Shown: one piece after another, positions 35,237 to 48,295 of the stretch | Layout of the letters: each line of letters starts with the position of its first letter | Numbering within the stretch: the first letter of the stretch is position 1 | Assembly: GCA_014905635.1 (NCBI GenBank) | Contig: JABVCE010000013.1 | Coordinates: forward strand, 868,001 to 932,000 | DNA: 64,000 nt | Direction of reading: 5' to 3' | Source: Scenedesmus sp. PABB004 | Taxonomy: Eukaryota | Program-made: the position numbers and the translations under genes | Notes under the pieces: model-generated | Seen by the model: only the letters and a program-made list of their open reading frames with translations | What the model was told of the DNA's origin: nothing | Database searches by the model: none

Positions 35237-37565
35237 TCAGCTGCCGGGCATGCCGGCGGCCTTGAGCAGCTCGCGGCCGATGAGCATGCGCCGTATCTCG
35301 CTCGTCCCCGCGCCGATCTCAAACAGCTTTGCGTCGCGCAGCAGCCGCCCCGTGGGGTAATCGTTGGTGTAGCCGTTGCCGCCCAGCACCTGCGCAAGGC
35401 GGGCGCGGCGGGGCGCGGCGGGGCGCGGCGACGGCAAGGCGAGGCGTGTGCACGGGTGGGCGAGCGGCGTGGCGCTGTGCGCCGTGAATTGGCCGTGAGC
35501 TGGCGGGCGCGGCGCCGCGGCGCGGCCGCGCCTGTATGGCGTCGAGCGCGGCGCGCGTGGCGGCCTCCGCCGCAAAGAGGATGACCGCCGCGCAGTCGGC
35601 GCGGCTCGCGCGCCCCGCGTCGGCCGCCGCCGCGACGGCGCCGACAAACGCGCGGCACGCGGCTGTCGCGGCGTGCATGTCGGCCAGCTTGCCCTGCACC
35701 AGCTGCGGCGCGGCGCGGGACCGCGCGTGCGCGGGGCGTGCCCTTAATGAGGCCCCCGCACCATCGGCACGTGCGGCGCCGCCGCGATGCGCTGCGCCCC
35801 CACACCAGCGCGCCCAGCGCGCACCGCGCCCCAGCTCCCCGCGCGCCTGGAAGGTGCCGATCGGCCGCCCGAACTGGCGCCGCGTCGCGGCGTATGGCAG
35901 CGCGACGTCGAGCGCCGCCTGCATGAGCCCGACCGGCCCGCCCGCGAGCACGAGGCGCTCGTAGTCCTGCAAGCGGCGGCAGCGACGGCGCCCGGGCGCG
36001 CGGGCGCGGGAGAGGGAGAGCGGGGCGGGGGAGAGGGAGTGAGCGCGCACACACCCGCGCACACACCGCACGCGGCGCGTCGGCCCGGCGCCCTGCCCCC
36101 CCGCCGCACCAGGCCGCTCATGAGCACCGCCGCGCCGCCGTTCTCTGCGCCGAGCACGTTCTCGGCCGGCACCTCCACGTCCTCAAACACGAGCTCGCAC
36201 GTGTCGCTGCCGCGCATGCCGAGCTTGTCGAGCTTCTGCGCCGTGCTGAACCCACGCGCGCCGCGCGGGACGACGAACGCGGTGATGCCGCGAGCGCCGC
36301 GCTCGGGGGCGGTCTTGGCGTAGACTATGAACGTGGAGGCCTGCAGACAGGGGCCAGGGGGGTGCAGCGGGAGCGGGGTTTAGGGGGCCAGCGGGGCATC
36401 GGGGCCGGCCGCGCGTGCGTGCGCAAGGGCGGCGGCGCGCCGCCGCGCGGGGCCAGCCGCGCGGGCCAGCTGGCTGCGCGCGGGAGAGCCCGCTCGAGCA
36501 GCCCACACCACCCCCCCCCCTCTCGCTGGCCGCGCCTTGGGGCCGTTTGTGATCCACATCTTGGTGCCATTGAGCACGTAGGTGTCGCCGCGCCGCTCCG
36601 CGCGCGTGGCCATGCCCATCGCGTCGCTGCCGGCGTTGGGCTCGCTGATCGCGAGCGCGCCGACCGCCTCGCCTGCGGGGCGCGCCGGCGCCGGCGCGCC
36701 CGCAGCCTGGTGGCGGGGGGCCCGCCGCGCGCGCGCGGCCGTGCGCGCATGCCGCCGCTGCCGCCGGCGCTGGCGCAGCGGCGCAGCGAGGCTGCTGCGG
36801 GCTGGGCTGGACCCAGTCTGCCCCGGCTCCGCTCACCGGAGATGAGGGGCGGCAGGAACGCCGCCTTTTGCGCGTCGCTGCCGTTGCGCACGAGCTGGTT
36901 GACGCACAGGTTGCTGTGCGCGCCGTAGCTCAGGCCAACCGACCCCGACGCACGGCTGAGCTCCTGCGGCAGCGCGCAGGGGCCGAGCGCGCGGTCGCCG
37001 ACCGCGCGGCGCCGCGCAGCGGTCAGCGAGGTCTGGTGCCGCGGCGCGCGCACCTCCATCGCGATGCAGTGCGCCTGGTAGCCCAGGCCCAGGCCGCCGT
37101 ACTCCTCGGGCGCCGTCACGCCTGAGCGGGCGCGCGCGCGCGGGCGGGTCTCCCAGCAGCCTGGCGCGGCGCGGCGCGGCGCGCGGCGTGCGTGGCGGGC
37201 GCGCGGCACGCACCGAGCAGGCCGAACGCGCCCATCTCGCGCCAGAGGTCGACGCTGGTGGGGAACGCGTTGCTGCGGTCGATCTCCTCCGCGTGCGGGG
37301 CGACGACGGACGCCGCGAAGCCCGCCACCGCCTCCCTGAACTCGTCCAGCGCGGCCGGGCTGCTGTCCCCGGCGGCGCCCGCGGCCAGGCCCCGCCACTG
37401 CTGCTGCTGCTGGCCCGGCCCCGCGCCGCCGGGGCCGGCGCGCTGCGCTGGCGCGGACGCGGCGCCGGGCCCGCCGCCGCGCGCCGCCGCGGCCACCGCA
37501 GCGCCCGCGGCGCCCCAGGCGGGCAGGCCGCGCCCGCCGCGGGCCAGGGCGGCCACCAGCGCCAT
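35237..37565 (-). CDS. IVD: Isovaleryl-CoA dehydrogenase, mitochondrial, 7 introns
   Basis: [116 protein letters not shown]. Confidence 0.96.
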
Positions 37566-37903
37566 CGGGGCGGGCGTGAGGGTGTCGGAGAAGGGGGTCG
37601 GTCGCGTCCCGTTGGCGCTGCCGGCTCCGCCGCGTCCCGGGCGGTGGCGGGTGTTCGAAGCGTGGCCTCGCGAACGACAGCTCGGCACCGCGCCAGGCGA
37701 GCAGGCGCTGGATCGCGGGCGCGAGCGTTAAGACCGCAACTCGACCCCGCCTCCACTTTGAAGCGATCGTTAGCACCCAGGATCGCTCGCCCGCGCGACC
37801 GGAGCGCCAGCCGCACGCCCACCACCGCCCGCCCTCGCCCGCCCGCGCAAGCGCAGCACCGGCCTCCGTCCCAGGGCGCCCCCGAGGGCGGTACCGAGGC
37901 GCG

Positions 37904-39396
37904 ATGGTGCGTGGCGGGCCGGCTAGCGGCCTGCGGCGCCGCCGCGCGCCGCCGCGGGCCGCCAACCCCCGCTGCCCGCGGCGCTGCTGCTGCTCCCCCG
38001 CCCGCGCCAACCGCCGCGCAGGGCGCGGAGCAGAGCACCCCCGCCGGCCAGGACGGCGTGCCCGAGGCGGGGCCGGGCGCCAAGCCGCGCGCCCTGGTGA
38101 TCTGTGGGCCTTCGGGCGTCGGCAAGGGTGCGCGCCGCCGCCGGGGGCGCTGCTGCTGCGCGCCGCGCGGCCGCCGCGGCGGCGCCGTCACGCGCCGTCG
38201 CCGCCGCTCCTCGCGCAGGCACGCTCATCAAGCGCCTGCTGGGCGGCCCGGACGGCGGGAAGCTCGCGTTCAGCGTGAGCCACACCACGCGCGCGCCGCG
38301 CCCGGGCGAGGCCGACGGCGTGCACTATCACTTTGTCTCGCGCGAGGCCTTTGAAGCGGGTGCGCACGGCGCGGCGGCGGCGCGGCGGCGGCGCAGCGGC
38401 GGCGGCGGCGCGGCGGCGCGCTCGCCTGCGGGGCATGCGCGGCAACGCGCCGTCTCGCTGCGCCGCTGCGCCTCGGCAGGCATCGCGGCGGGCGACTTCC
38501 TGGAGCACGCGTCGGTGCACGGCCACCTGTACGGCACGAGCAAGGCGGCCGTGTCGGCGACCCTCGCGGCGGGCAGGGCGGCGGTGCTGGACGTGGACGT
38601 GCAGGGCGCGCGCCAGGTGCGCGCGGCGGGGCTGCCGGCGCTGCTCGTCTTTGTCGCGCCGCCGTCGCTCGAGGAGCTGGAGCGCCGCCTGCGCGGCCGC
38701 GGCACCGAGACGCCCGTCAGCATGGAGCGGCGCATCGCCGCGGCGCGACAGGAGATCTCCAGGCGCGCGCGCCGCGCCGCGCGCGCCGGCGCCGGCGCAC
38801 GCCAGCAGCACGCCCCGCGCAGCCTCGCGCCCCCGCCTCACCCTGTTCCGCCCCGCCCCGCCTCCGGGTGGCCGGCCAGCTTGAACGAGCGGGGGTTATT
38901 TGACTATCTGCTGCTCAACGACGACCTCGACGCCACGTCGGCCGAGCTCGGCCGCATCGCCACGCGCGCGCTGCAGGGCCTGCCGGCGGAGCCGGGCCAG
39001 GTGCCCGACGAGGTGCGGCGCGGCGCGGGCAGCGGGCGGGCGGCCGCGGCGGCGGCCGCGGCCGCGGCGGCGGCGGCGGGGCGGCGGAGGCCCACGCGCC
39101 GCGGCGCGGCGCGCCGCGCAGGTGCGGTTTGAGGACGGCGACGAGGCGGGCAGCCGGGCGCCGGGCGACGACGAGGCCGCGGCGGCGCTGGGCGGCTCCG
39201 GCTCCAACGCGGCTGCGGCGGCCGCCGCGGGCATCCAGGCCGCCGCGGCGCTGCCGAGCGTCGACTCGGGCGCGCTGGCGCGCAGCCCGCGCCCGCGTGC
39301 GGACGCAGCGGAGCAGCAGCAGGCGCCGCAGCCGGCGGGCGGCACCGGCGCAGCGGCGGCGGCCGCTGCGGCGGTGCCGTCGCCGCCCCAGCAGCA

Positions 39397-39436
<40 letters not shown>

Positions 39437-40724
39437 CAGCAGCAGCAGGCGCCGGTGCCGGAGCAGCAGCAGCAGCCGGCGGCGGCAGCGGGCCCCTCCG
39501 GCGCGGCCGCGGGCGCCGCGGTCGCGGCGGGGCTTGACGCGTGGCGCGGCAAGGTCGCGCTCGTGACGGGCGCGTCGTCCGGCATCGGCTGGGCGGTGTG
39601 CGAGGCGCTCGGCCGCGCGGGCCTGCGCGTCGTCGCGGTCGCGCGGCGCCGCGAGCGCCTGCAGGAGCTGCAGGCGCTCGTGCTCGGCCCGGGCGTCGGC
39701 ATGGCGCCGTCCGACTTCCTGCCTGTCGTGTGCGACGTGACCAAGGAGGCGGAGGTCGCGGCGCTGCCCAAGATCATTCTCAAGCACTGGCCCGACGCCG
39801 GCGTGGACGTGCTGGTGCGCCCGCCGCGGGCGGGCGGGCGTCTGCGCGCGCCGCGTGCACGCGCGCGGGCGGGCGGGCGGCTGGGGCGTCGGGGGCGCGC
39901 CGCGCGCCCGCGCACGGGGCTCGACGCCGCCGGCGCCGCCGGCGCGCCGCGCGCCGCAGGTGAACAACGCCGGCCTGTCGCGCAACGACGCGTCGCTGTT
40001 CAACGGCAACACCGCGAGCTGGTGCGGCGGCGGCGCGCGCGCTGCGGACCCGCGCCGGCCCTGCCGGCCGGCGCGGCGCGCCACGCGCAACGCCGCGCCG
40101 CCGCGGCGCCGGCAGGGTTGAGATGGTGAGCACCAACATCCTCGGCAACGCCATGGCCACGCGCATGGCGGTGCAGGACATGAAGCGCCGCGGCGCGTGG
40201 GGGCACATCATCAACATGTGCGCCTGCGCCCGCCGCCGCCGCCGCCACGCCGCCGCCGCCGCCACGCCGCCGCGGCCGCCACACCCGCGGCCGCCCGCGC
40301 CGAGCGCCCACACCACCCCGACGCCCGCCCACGCCCCGGCGCCCGCCGCCGCTTCACTCGCGCCCGCTCCCCTCGCGCGCGCAGGGTGGGCCTGAGCGGG
40401 CACCGCATCCCCGACGGGCCCGCGGGGGGCGGCTTCTTCGCCGCGACCAAGTTTGCGGTCCGCGCGCTGACCGAGGGCCTGCGCCAGGAGGCGCGCGGCG
40501 CGGGCGTGCCGCTGCGTGTGAGCGGCATCTCGCCGGGCCTGGTGGAGACCGAGTTCTTCGCCGTGCGCGCGTTTGGCGACGCCGGCGCCGCGGCGGCGGT
40601 CACGGCCGCGATCGAATGCCTGCAGCCGGCCGACGTCGCGGCCGCGGTGCTGTGGGCGCTCGCCGCGCCGGCGCGCATGGAGGTCAACGACATCGTCATC
40701 CGCCCCACGGCGCAGATGGTGTGA
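37904..40724 (+). CDS. Guanylate kinase fused to a DHRS11-like short-chain dehydrogenase domain, 8 introns
   Basis: ATG|intron|GAEQS start. GK motifs: [61 protein letters not shown]. Intron 39013-39121 joins in frame to a poly-Q linker and then SDR motifs ([33 protein letters not shown]). Confidence 0.85.
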
Positions 40725-41200
40725 CGGCGGCACGCGCGCGCGTGTGCGTGGTGGTGTAAAGCGCTGACAACACACGAGCTCGTCCCGCAAAAGCTGAAGA
40801 GACTGCCGGCAGCGGCTTGCCGGTTGCGCTCCCGCGCGCGCCGCCGGCACGTGCGCCTCCGCCGCTGCGCAGCGGCGACCGCCGGCTACCGCACGGCGCG
40901 ATCGCACGATCTGGAGGCGATGTGGGGCGCGCGGGGGAGCGGTCCGGGGCTTGTGGGTTCTGCCGCCGCCGCGCTCCAATGATAGTGACAGCACTGGCGC
41001 CCGAACTGGGCAGCGCCGCGCCCGACGCCCCACTCCGATCGCGCATGGGTCGATCACAGACCGTCGTCGCGCCCCGCAGGGCCGGCGTGCGCTGCTCGCT
41101 CGCGGGCCATCCGGCTCACAGCTCCGCGTCTGCCATCTTTTCCGCTTTCGACCTGGAGCTACTCTACTGGACGCCTGAGCGCCGGGGCGCGGCCGCCGAG

Positions 41201-41586
41201 ATGCGGGGAGCCGCGCTCGCGGCGGCGGTTTGCATCCATGCGCGCCGGCCACACCAGGTGCGCGCGGGGGCGCGGGGGCGCGATCGCGGCGGCCCCCGGG
41301 CCCGCTCGCATCCGGGGGGAGCCGTCCCCGCGCCAGCAGCGGCGCGCGCGTGCAGGCAGCCGCCGCGCCCGCCCACGCGCCGCGCCCGCTCCGCCCCGCG
41401 CCGCGCAGGCCTGCGCGAGCCTTGCAGCCGCCTTGCTGGCGGCGGCTCCCGCGCCGCTGTGGCTGCGGCTGGCGGAGGCCGTCCTGCTCGCGCTGCTGTG
41501 CGCGCCGTGCGCCGCGGCGGCGTCCCCCACGGCGCGGGCAGCGCGCGGCCGCGGCCCGCCCGCCAAGCAGGCGCCGGCCGGCCCGA

Positions 41587-41628
<42 letters not shown>

Positions 41629-44600
41629 CGACCGGCAGCGGCGGCAGCAGGACCGGCAGCGGCGGCAGCGACGGCGGGCGCGCGCGCGTGAGCAGCGCGA
41701 GTAGCGGCTCGTCGCGCGGCGCCGGCTGGCCGGCCAGCGGCAGCGGCGGCAGCGGCGGCGACGACGGCGGCGACGGCGACGACGAGCGGCAGCGGCGCGG
41801 CGGGCTGCCGAGCGCGCACTCGCTGGACGGCGCGGGCGCGCCGCCGGCGGGCGAGCAGCAGGACGCGCACACGACGCCGCCCGCCTCCGCTGCCGTGACG
41901 GGGCCCTGGCGCCTGGCCTCGCCGTTTGCTGCGCCGCTGCCGGCGTTCAGCGGCGAGCCGCCCGACCCCGGCCAGCCCCGGCCCGCCGGCAGCGCCGGCG
42001 GCAGCCGGCGCAGCAGCGCGAGCGGCAGCAGCAGGAGCGCCAGCGGCGGCGGCGACGCCCCGCACGACGGCGCCGGCGCGCCGCGCGACCAGGGTCAGCG
42101 GGCCAAGCCCGGCGGCGGCACGGCCGCCCCGGCCCAGGTGACGGGCGGCGGCAGCAGCGCCGCGAGCACGCGCCGCGCAACCGAGCATGCGGCCCGGCAG
42201 CTGCTCGCGCAGCAGCTGCAGCCTGTGCGCGCGGCGCGCCCCAAGCCGCGCCGCGCGTCCCTAGAGCTGCCGGCGGAGCAGCGCCAGACGGCATCGCCCA
42301 GGGGCACGACGGGGCCCTTTGCGCTGTCGTCCCCTTTCGCGGCCGCGGCAGTGGGCGGCGGCGGCGGCGCTTCCGCCGCAGCGCTCGTGTGCCCCGGGAC
42401 GGCCGACCCGTTTGGCAGCCCGTTCCCGCTGCTCGCGCAAGGCGCGGCGGCCGAGGCGGTTGCCATCGCAGCCGCGGCGGTGCAGGCTGGCGCGCTGCAG
42501 GCGGCAGCGGCCGCCACGTGCGCGGCCGGCCGGGCGCAGGCCGTGGCGGGCGCGGCGGGCGAGCAGGAGGCGCCGCGGGGCGCGCAGGCGCCGTCCGGGG
42601 CGAGCAGGGCCGGCAGCGCTGGCTCCGCCGGGCGGGGCGGCGGCGCCGTCGGCGACGCGCAGCAGCTCCCGCTGCCGCCCGGCGGCGGCGAGGCCTGCCA
42701 GCCGCGGGGCCAGCCGCTCGTGGGCGCGTGCACGGGCATGAGCAGCCTGGCGAGCCACGCGACCGAGCCGCGCTTCAGTCTGCCCTTCAGCTTCCCCAGC
42801 CTGGGCGCGAGCGCCGCGGGGCTGAGCAGCAGCGCCGGCACGGCCGCGCTCGACTACGGCGGCGCGGCGAGCGCCGCGCCCGCGCTGCACGACGGCGAGC
42901 TCGCGGAGCTGCAGGCCCAGCCCGTCGAGCCCAGCTCCTCGCTGCTGCTCGGCGCGGCGGGGCTCAGCCCCGCGTCCTCGGCGGAGCGGGCCGGCGAGGC
43001 GGCGCCGCGCGAGCTGCCGACGCTGGGCGGCGAGGACGGCGCGTGCGCGGCGCCCGGGCTCAAGGAGCGGGCGGCGCAGGCGGCGGCGCTGCAGGTCCAC
43101 GACAGCGTGAGCAGCCACCAGCAGAACATCAAGCAGCGCCTGCTGGCGCAGCTCGCCGCGCGCGCGCAGGCACCCGAGCCGGCACCGCTGCAGCCGCCGG
43201 CGCCGGCGCTGGCGCCGGTGCTCGCGACGCCCGTGGCAGCGGCCGTGGCCGCCCCGATGGCGCTGCCGCAGGCCGTGCTGGGCGCCGTCGCTGCCGCCGC
43301 GCCCGGCAGCGTGCTGCTGGCGCCGCTGGCGCCGCTGCCTGGCACGTCGCCGGCGGCAACCATGCAGCTGGCGGCCGCCGTGCTGGCCACGCAGGCCCAG
43401 GCCGGAGCCCTGGAGGCGGCCGGCCCCTCCCTGGAGGCGGCGGTGGCGACGCAGCTGGCCGCGGCCGGGGTGCAGCAGGTCGCGGCCCTGCCAGTGGTGC
43501 CGGTGCCGGCGGCGGGCCGGCCGGTCCCCATCAAGACGCCGTCGCCCGCCCAGGCTGCGGCCGCCCAGGCGGCGGCGACGGCGGCGGGCGTGGCGCCCTG
43601 CCCGGCGCCGCCCAGCCCCGCGGCCGCGCCGCCGTCGGCGCAGGGCGCCGCCCTGCTCGAGCCGCAGCCTGCCGCGGCGGCGGCGGCGGTGCAGGCGAGC
43701 GGCGTCAGCTGCGCCTGCTGCTACCCGGCCTGCCTGACTGAGGCGCAGGCCGTGGTGGTGTCCGTGCACGTGGCCGGCCTGGAGCGGCTCGCGGGCGGCT
43801 GGCCTGGCGGCGCGTCGCTCGCGTTCCGGGCCGTCGCGTGCCACAGCCAGCAGGTCGTGGCAGACGTGCGCGGCACGCTGCTGCCCGGCGAGGGGTTCCT
43901 GCGCGTGGCGCTGCCGCCGCTGCCCCGCGGCGTGCTGCAGCTGGTCCTGCTGCTCCCGGAGCCGGCGCTCGCGTTCACGCAGGCGCTCCTGGTGCTGCCG
44001 GCGCCGTGCGCGGCCGAGATGTGCCTGCTGTGGGCAAGCCAGCTGCAGGCGCGCCTCAGCGCGGCGGCCGCGCTGCAGCGCGGCCTCGCCGGCGGCGGGC
44101 GGCCGTCGGAGCAGGGGGAGGCCGGCACGCGCGGCTCGCTGGAGGTGGGCAGCTGGGCGGGCTCCGGCTGGACCAGCCAGGGCAGCAACGCCAGCGCCGG
44201 CAGCAGCTGCGGCCCGGCTGCTAGCAGCCCGCGCCCCGCCGCCGGCGCCTGGGCCGACCAGCTGCACGCCGCGGCGGCGCGGGCGCGCCTGCAGTGCGCC
44301 GCCGCGCCGCACGGCGCGAGCCCGCCCTCGCCTGCGGCGTCGCCGTCGGCGCCAGCGTCGTCCGGCGCCAGCGCCGTCAGCGCGGCCGAGGCCGCCGACG
44401 TGTGGGCGGGCGAGTACATGCCTGTGGCCTCGGACCTGGCGTGCCTGCTGACCCACGCGGCGCAGCTGCAGGCGCACCACAAGCCGCCCGCGCTCGCGGC
44501 GGCGCTCAGCCTCGCCGCCAGCGGCGTGTCCGGCACGCCCTCCACGGCGCCCAGCACGCCCGCGGCGCCCGCCTCGCCGCGCCCGCCGCCGGCGGGGGGC

Positions 44601-45347
44601 GCGCCCGCGGGCGGCAGCTTCGCCGCGCCCGCCAGCGCCGCCGCGCTCGCCGGCCTGTGCGGCCCCGCCGCGGCCGCGCTCGCGGAGGCGCTCGCGGCGC
44701 CGGCGGGCGCGGTGAGCGCAGACGACCCTGGGTTCAAGGGCCTCGTGACGGGCCTGGTGCAGGCCCTCGCCGCCGCGGCGCTGTGGGCGACGCTGCAGCT
44801 CACGACGGACTTGGTGTACGGCGTGGGCGCGAGCGCAAAGGCCCTCTACGTGGCCAAGGCCGGCCGGGGCGCGCCCGGCAGCGGCAGCGGCGCGACGACC
44901 AAGGCGGGCAGCGAGGCGAGCGCCGACGGCGGCGGCGCCCGCCCGGGCTCGGGTGCGGGCGCGGGCGCGGCGCGCGCCCGCGGCGCGGCGGCCGCCGGCG
45001 CCGGCGCCGCGCCGGGCGGCGGCGGGCCGGCCGCGCGCGACGCAGTGGCGGACGCGCTCGCCGCGGCGCGGGGCGGGCAGGCGCCCGAGCTGCCCGGCGT
45101 GGCGCTGCTGCTGCTCCTGGTCGTGCGCGCCGCGCTCGCACGCCGCGCCGCCGGCCTGCGCCGCGGCGCGGCCGCGGCGGGCGGCGCCGCGCTGCCCGCG
45201 CTGCGCGCGGCCGCGGCCGCGGCCGGCCGCGCGCTGCTGGTGGTGGCAGTCGTGCTCGTGTGGGCGCTCGAGCGCGCGGCGCAGCTGCCGCAGCTGCTCG
45301 TCGCGCGCCTGACGCTGGGCGCCGACACCGGGCTGGAGGAGGAGTGA
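41201..45347 (+). CDS. Large low-complexity hypothetical protein (about 1300 aa) with hydrophobic segments near both ends
   Basis: An open frame of about 4 kb with GC3-biased codons. The probable first exon is MRGAAL...PHQ|GTGCGC with an acceptor at about 41408. The start is uncertain and no family was recognised. Confidence 0.6.
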
Positions 45348-46326
45348 TGCGGGACGGGGGGGGGGGGGGGGGGCGCCCGGAGGCACGCGCGGGCGCGCAT
45401 TGTCGCCCGCAGTGCTGCTCAGTCAGCGGAGAGGGGGGTGCGGGCGGGGGACGCCCAGCGCACGCCTCGTGCGCGTGCATGCTGTGGGCGCGAGGGGCGC
45501 GGCCGCGGGCTTTCGTTCAGCTTGCAGAGGCCCTGCCTCTGCCTTTGTTTGCCGTCCGAGGCCATCGCTGGAGATGCGTGTGCGTGGGCGGGTGCGGGGC
45601 GGGTGTGCGTCCCTGCTGCTGATCGGTCTAGACCAGGTCTGCCATCGCCGTCGTTGGGACCACCCCCGGCCACTGCGCCGCAGCGCCCCGCGCGCCCCCT
45701 GCTTGCTTTGCTGCTACCGCTTTTCACCGCCCGCGCGGCAGTACAGGGCAGGGACGTGTTGTGTTGTTTTGTGTGAGTGCCCCGAGCCAGGCTGGCGCGC
45801 GGCGCCGATTGTCCGTGCGTCGCGTGGAGCCCTTCCTTGTGTGTGCTTTCCTCGTGCGCCCGCGTTTTGCTGAGCCCGCCGCCTCCTTTTGCTTCTGAAT
45901 TCAGAGGTAGCTTCTATCAGTACATCACCGCGGTTTGAGAGAGGGGGCGCGACTTTGCAGCGCTTCCCACGCGCACAAGCAAAAACCGGGGATCAGGGCC
46001 TAAACCGAGTGACCTGCACCACGCGGCACAGCACTGGGCCGGCGGTGGGGCGCGGTGGTGGTTGGTGCGCGTGCTCGCGAGCCACAGCACCTGGGCGACG
46101 GCAGGGCCGGGACTGCTGGGGCGCGCGCGAGTTGGCAACCGACGGCGGTTCAGTCAACACCGCGGCACGCCGTAGACCGCAGTCTGGCCTGCCCTCTCCC
46201 CCAGGGCCAGACTCACGCCGCCAGCAGCTGCCCCACTCAAACAGAGACACTGTCGCCGTCGCCGGTCGTGGACGCCGCGCGGCTGGCCACACGCTCGGCA
46301 GCGGCGCCGCCGTGACCGCAGGCGGC

Positions 46327-48295
46327 ATGCAGCTCGCCGGCAGCTGCGCGCAGATGAGGTGCCCGTACTCGCTGGGCATGGCGCGTGGTCGGGGCGCGCC
46401 CGTGCCGCCGCCGCGGCGGCAGCAGCAGCGTGCACGCGTGCCGGCGCCGCTGCGACGTGCAGAGGCTGCTCAGGTGCTGGGCGGTGGTCGCACCGCATCC
46501 TACCTTTGCTGCCGCGACTCCACCCGCAGCTTCAGCCTGCCGCGCGCACCGCCACGACTGCCCCGCCCACCGCTGCTGCCGCTGCCGCCCACCATCACCG
46601 CAGGCGCCGGCGCGCCCGACGCGGCGCCGCTGCGTGGCTGCGGCGGCAGCGGCGGCGGTCGGCGCGCCGCGCTTTGCACAGCCGTCCGGCCCGTTCGCGG
46701 TCTCGGCGCTGCCGGTGCTGAACGTGCCGCTCGGGCCGTCGCCCAAGGACCCGTCGCTGGCGCTGGAGCTGCAGCTCGAGGTGCTCACGCCAGCGGGGCG
46801 CGGCGCGTGCCCGCTCGTGCTGCTCACGCCGGGCTTCCTGCTCAACAGCAGCCTGTACCGGTCGTATGCCACCCGGCTCGCGAGCTGGGGCTTCACGGTT
46901 GTCCTGCACGACCTCAGCGACGTCCTCGACGACACGCTCACCTGCGCCTACATGCGCCAGGCAATCCAGCGCGCGGCGGCGCCGCGCACGCCCGCGCGTG
47001 CTGAAGCCGCGGCGCGGACCGCGGCGGCGCGCGGACCGCGAGCGCGCCGCCGCCGCCGCCGCCGCACCGCGCGCCGCAGGTGCTGGAGCTGTGCGGCCGC
47101 GACCGCCGGCTCGCGCCGCACTGCGCGTGCGACTCGCTGCTGCTCGTGGGCCACTCACGCGGCGCAAAGCTCAGCTGCCTGCTCGCCGACCAGGCGCGCG
47201 CGCGCTGCGGCGCGGCGGCGCGCCGGCGGCGCCCGGCGCCCCCGCGCGTCGCGGCGCAGAGCGCGCAGGCCGACGCGCGCTGCCTCTCTGCGCGTGCACG
47301 CCGCTGCTGCAGGACCCGCGCGTGCGGGGCCTGGTGCTGCTCGACCCGGTCGACAACAGCGACATGGGGCCGTCGGGCGTCGGCTACCCGTCCGCGCTGC
47401 CGGCGCTCACGTCCGCCGCGTCGTCGCGGCGCCTGCCCGTGCTGGTGGTGAGCGCCCGCGCCGGCGAGCCACCCGCGCCGCCACCCGCGCCGCCGCCCGC
47501 GCTGCCGCGCGCGCCCGGCGCCGCGGCAGCGCGCCGACGCGCGGCGGCCGCCGCGGCCGCGCGGCGCAGGTCGGCGCCGCGCTCAACAGCGACATCGTGC
47601 CGCCGGCCGCCAACTGGCGCCGCTTCGCCGCGGCCGCCGCCGCGGGCGGCGCGCCGGTGTGGGAGGTCGTGCTGCGCGGCGCGGCGCACCTGCAGTTCCT
47701 GGACAAGCAGAATATGCTCTCGATGTTCAGCCGCCCGGGGACCACGCCGGACGAGGCCGTGCGCAGCGTATCGCAGGCGTGCATGGTCGCGTTTGCGGAG
47801 CTCGCGGTCTGCCCCAAGGCCGAGGTCAGCGGCGCGCAGGTGCAGACGCTGCTGGCGGAGGAGGGCGAGGCGCTGAAGCGCGTCGCGCCGCTCGACGCGA
47901 GCCTGCTCAACTGGGAGCCCCGCGCAGCGCGCGGCGCCGGCGCCGGCGCGGGGCAGCAGCAGCGCGCGCAGGCGGCGGCGGCCGCGGCGGCGGGCGGGGC
48001 GCGGCCGAAGCCCGTGTCGGCCAGCCGGGCGCAGCTCATGGGCATGCGCGTGCGCGAGCTCAAGCGCCTGCTGCAGGTGCGGCCGCCAGCGCGGCGCGGC
48101 GCCGCCCCGCCGCGCGCGCGCGAGGGCCGGGGCCAGCCAGGCAGGGGGCGGCGCGCGGTTCTCCACGCTCGCCGGACCCGCGCACCCGCCGCCGCGCGCG
48201 CGCCGCCGCAGGAGCACGGCGTCGACTCGGCCGACTGCTTTGAGAAGGAGGAGCTCGTGCGGCGCGTGCTCGAGCGCTGCACGCTCTCCGCCTGA
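46327..48295 (+). CDS. Chlorophyllase-like alpha/beta hydrolase with a C-terminal ARMET_C/SAP-like domain, 5 introns
   Basis: PLVLLTPGF, YATRLASWGF, the nucleophile motif GHSRG, LLDPVD and AAHLQFLD. The tail is LMGMRVRELKRLLQEHGVDSADCFEKEELV. Transit-peptide-like N-terminus. Confidence 0.82.

Noticed and set aside
45880..46060. Lower-GC intergenic patch containing CCTAAACC (45999-46006) and a T-run on the minus strand, considered as a telomerase RNA, snoRNA or other Pol III gene
   Set aside because: It has only an 8-nt template-like match, with no recognisable USE/TATA promoter, box C/D pair or cloverleaf. An Infernal search would be needed.
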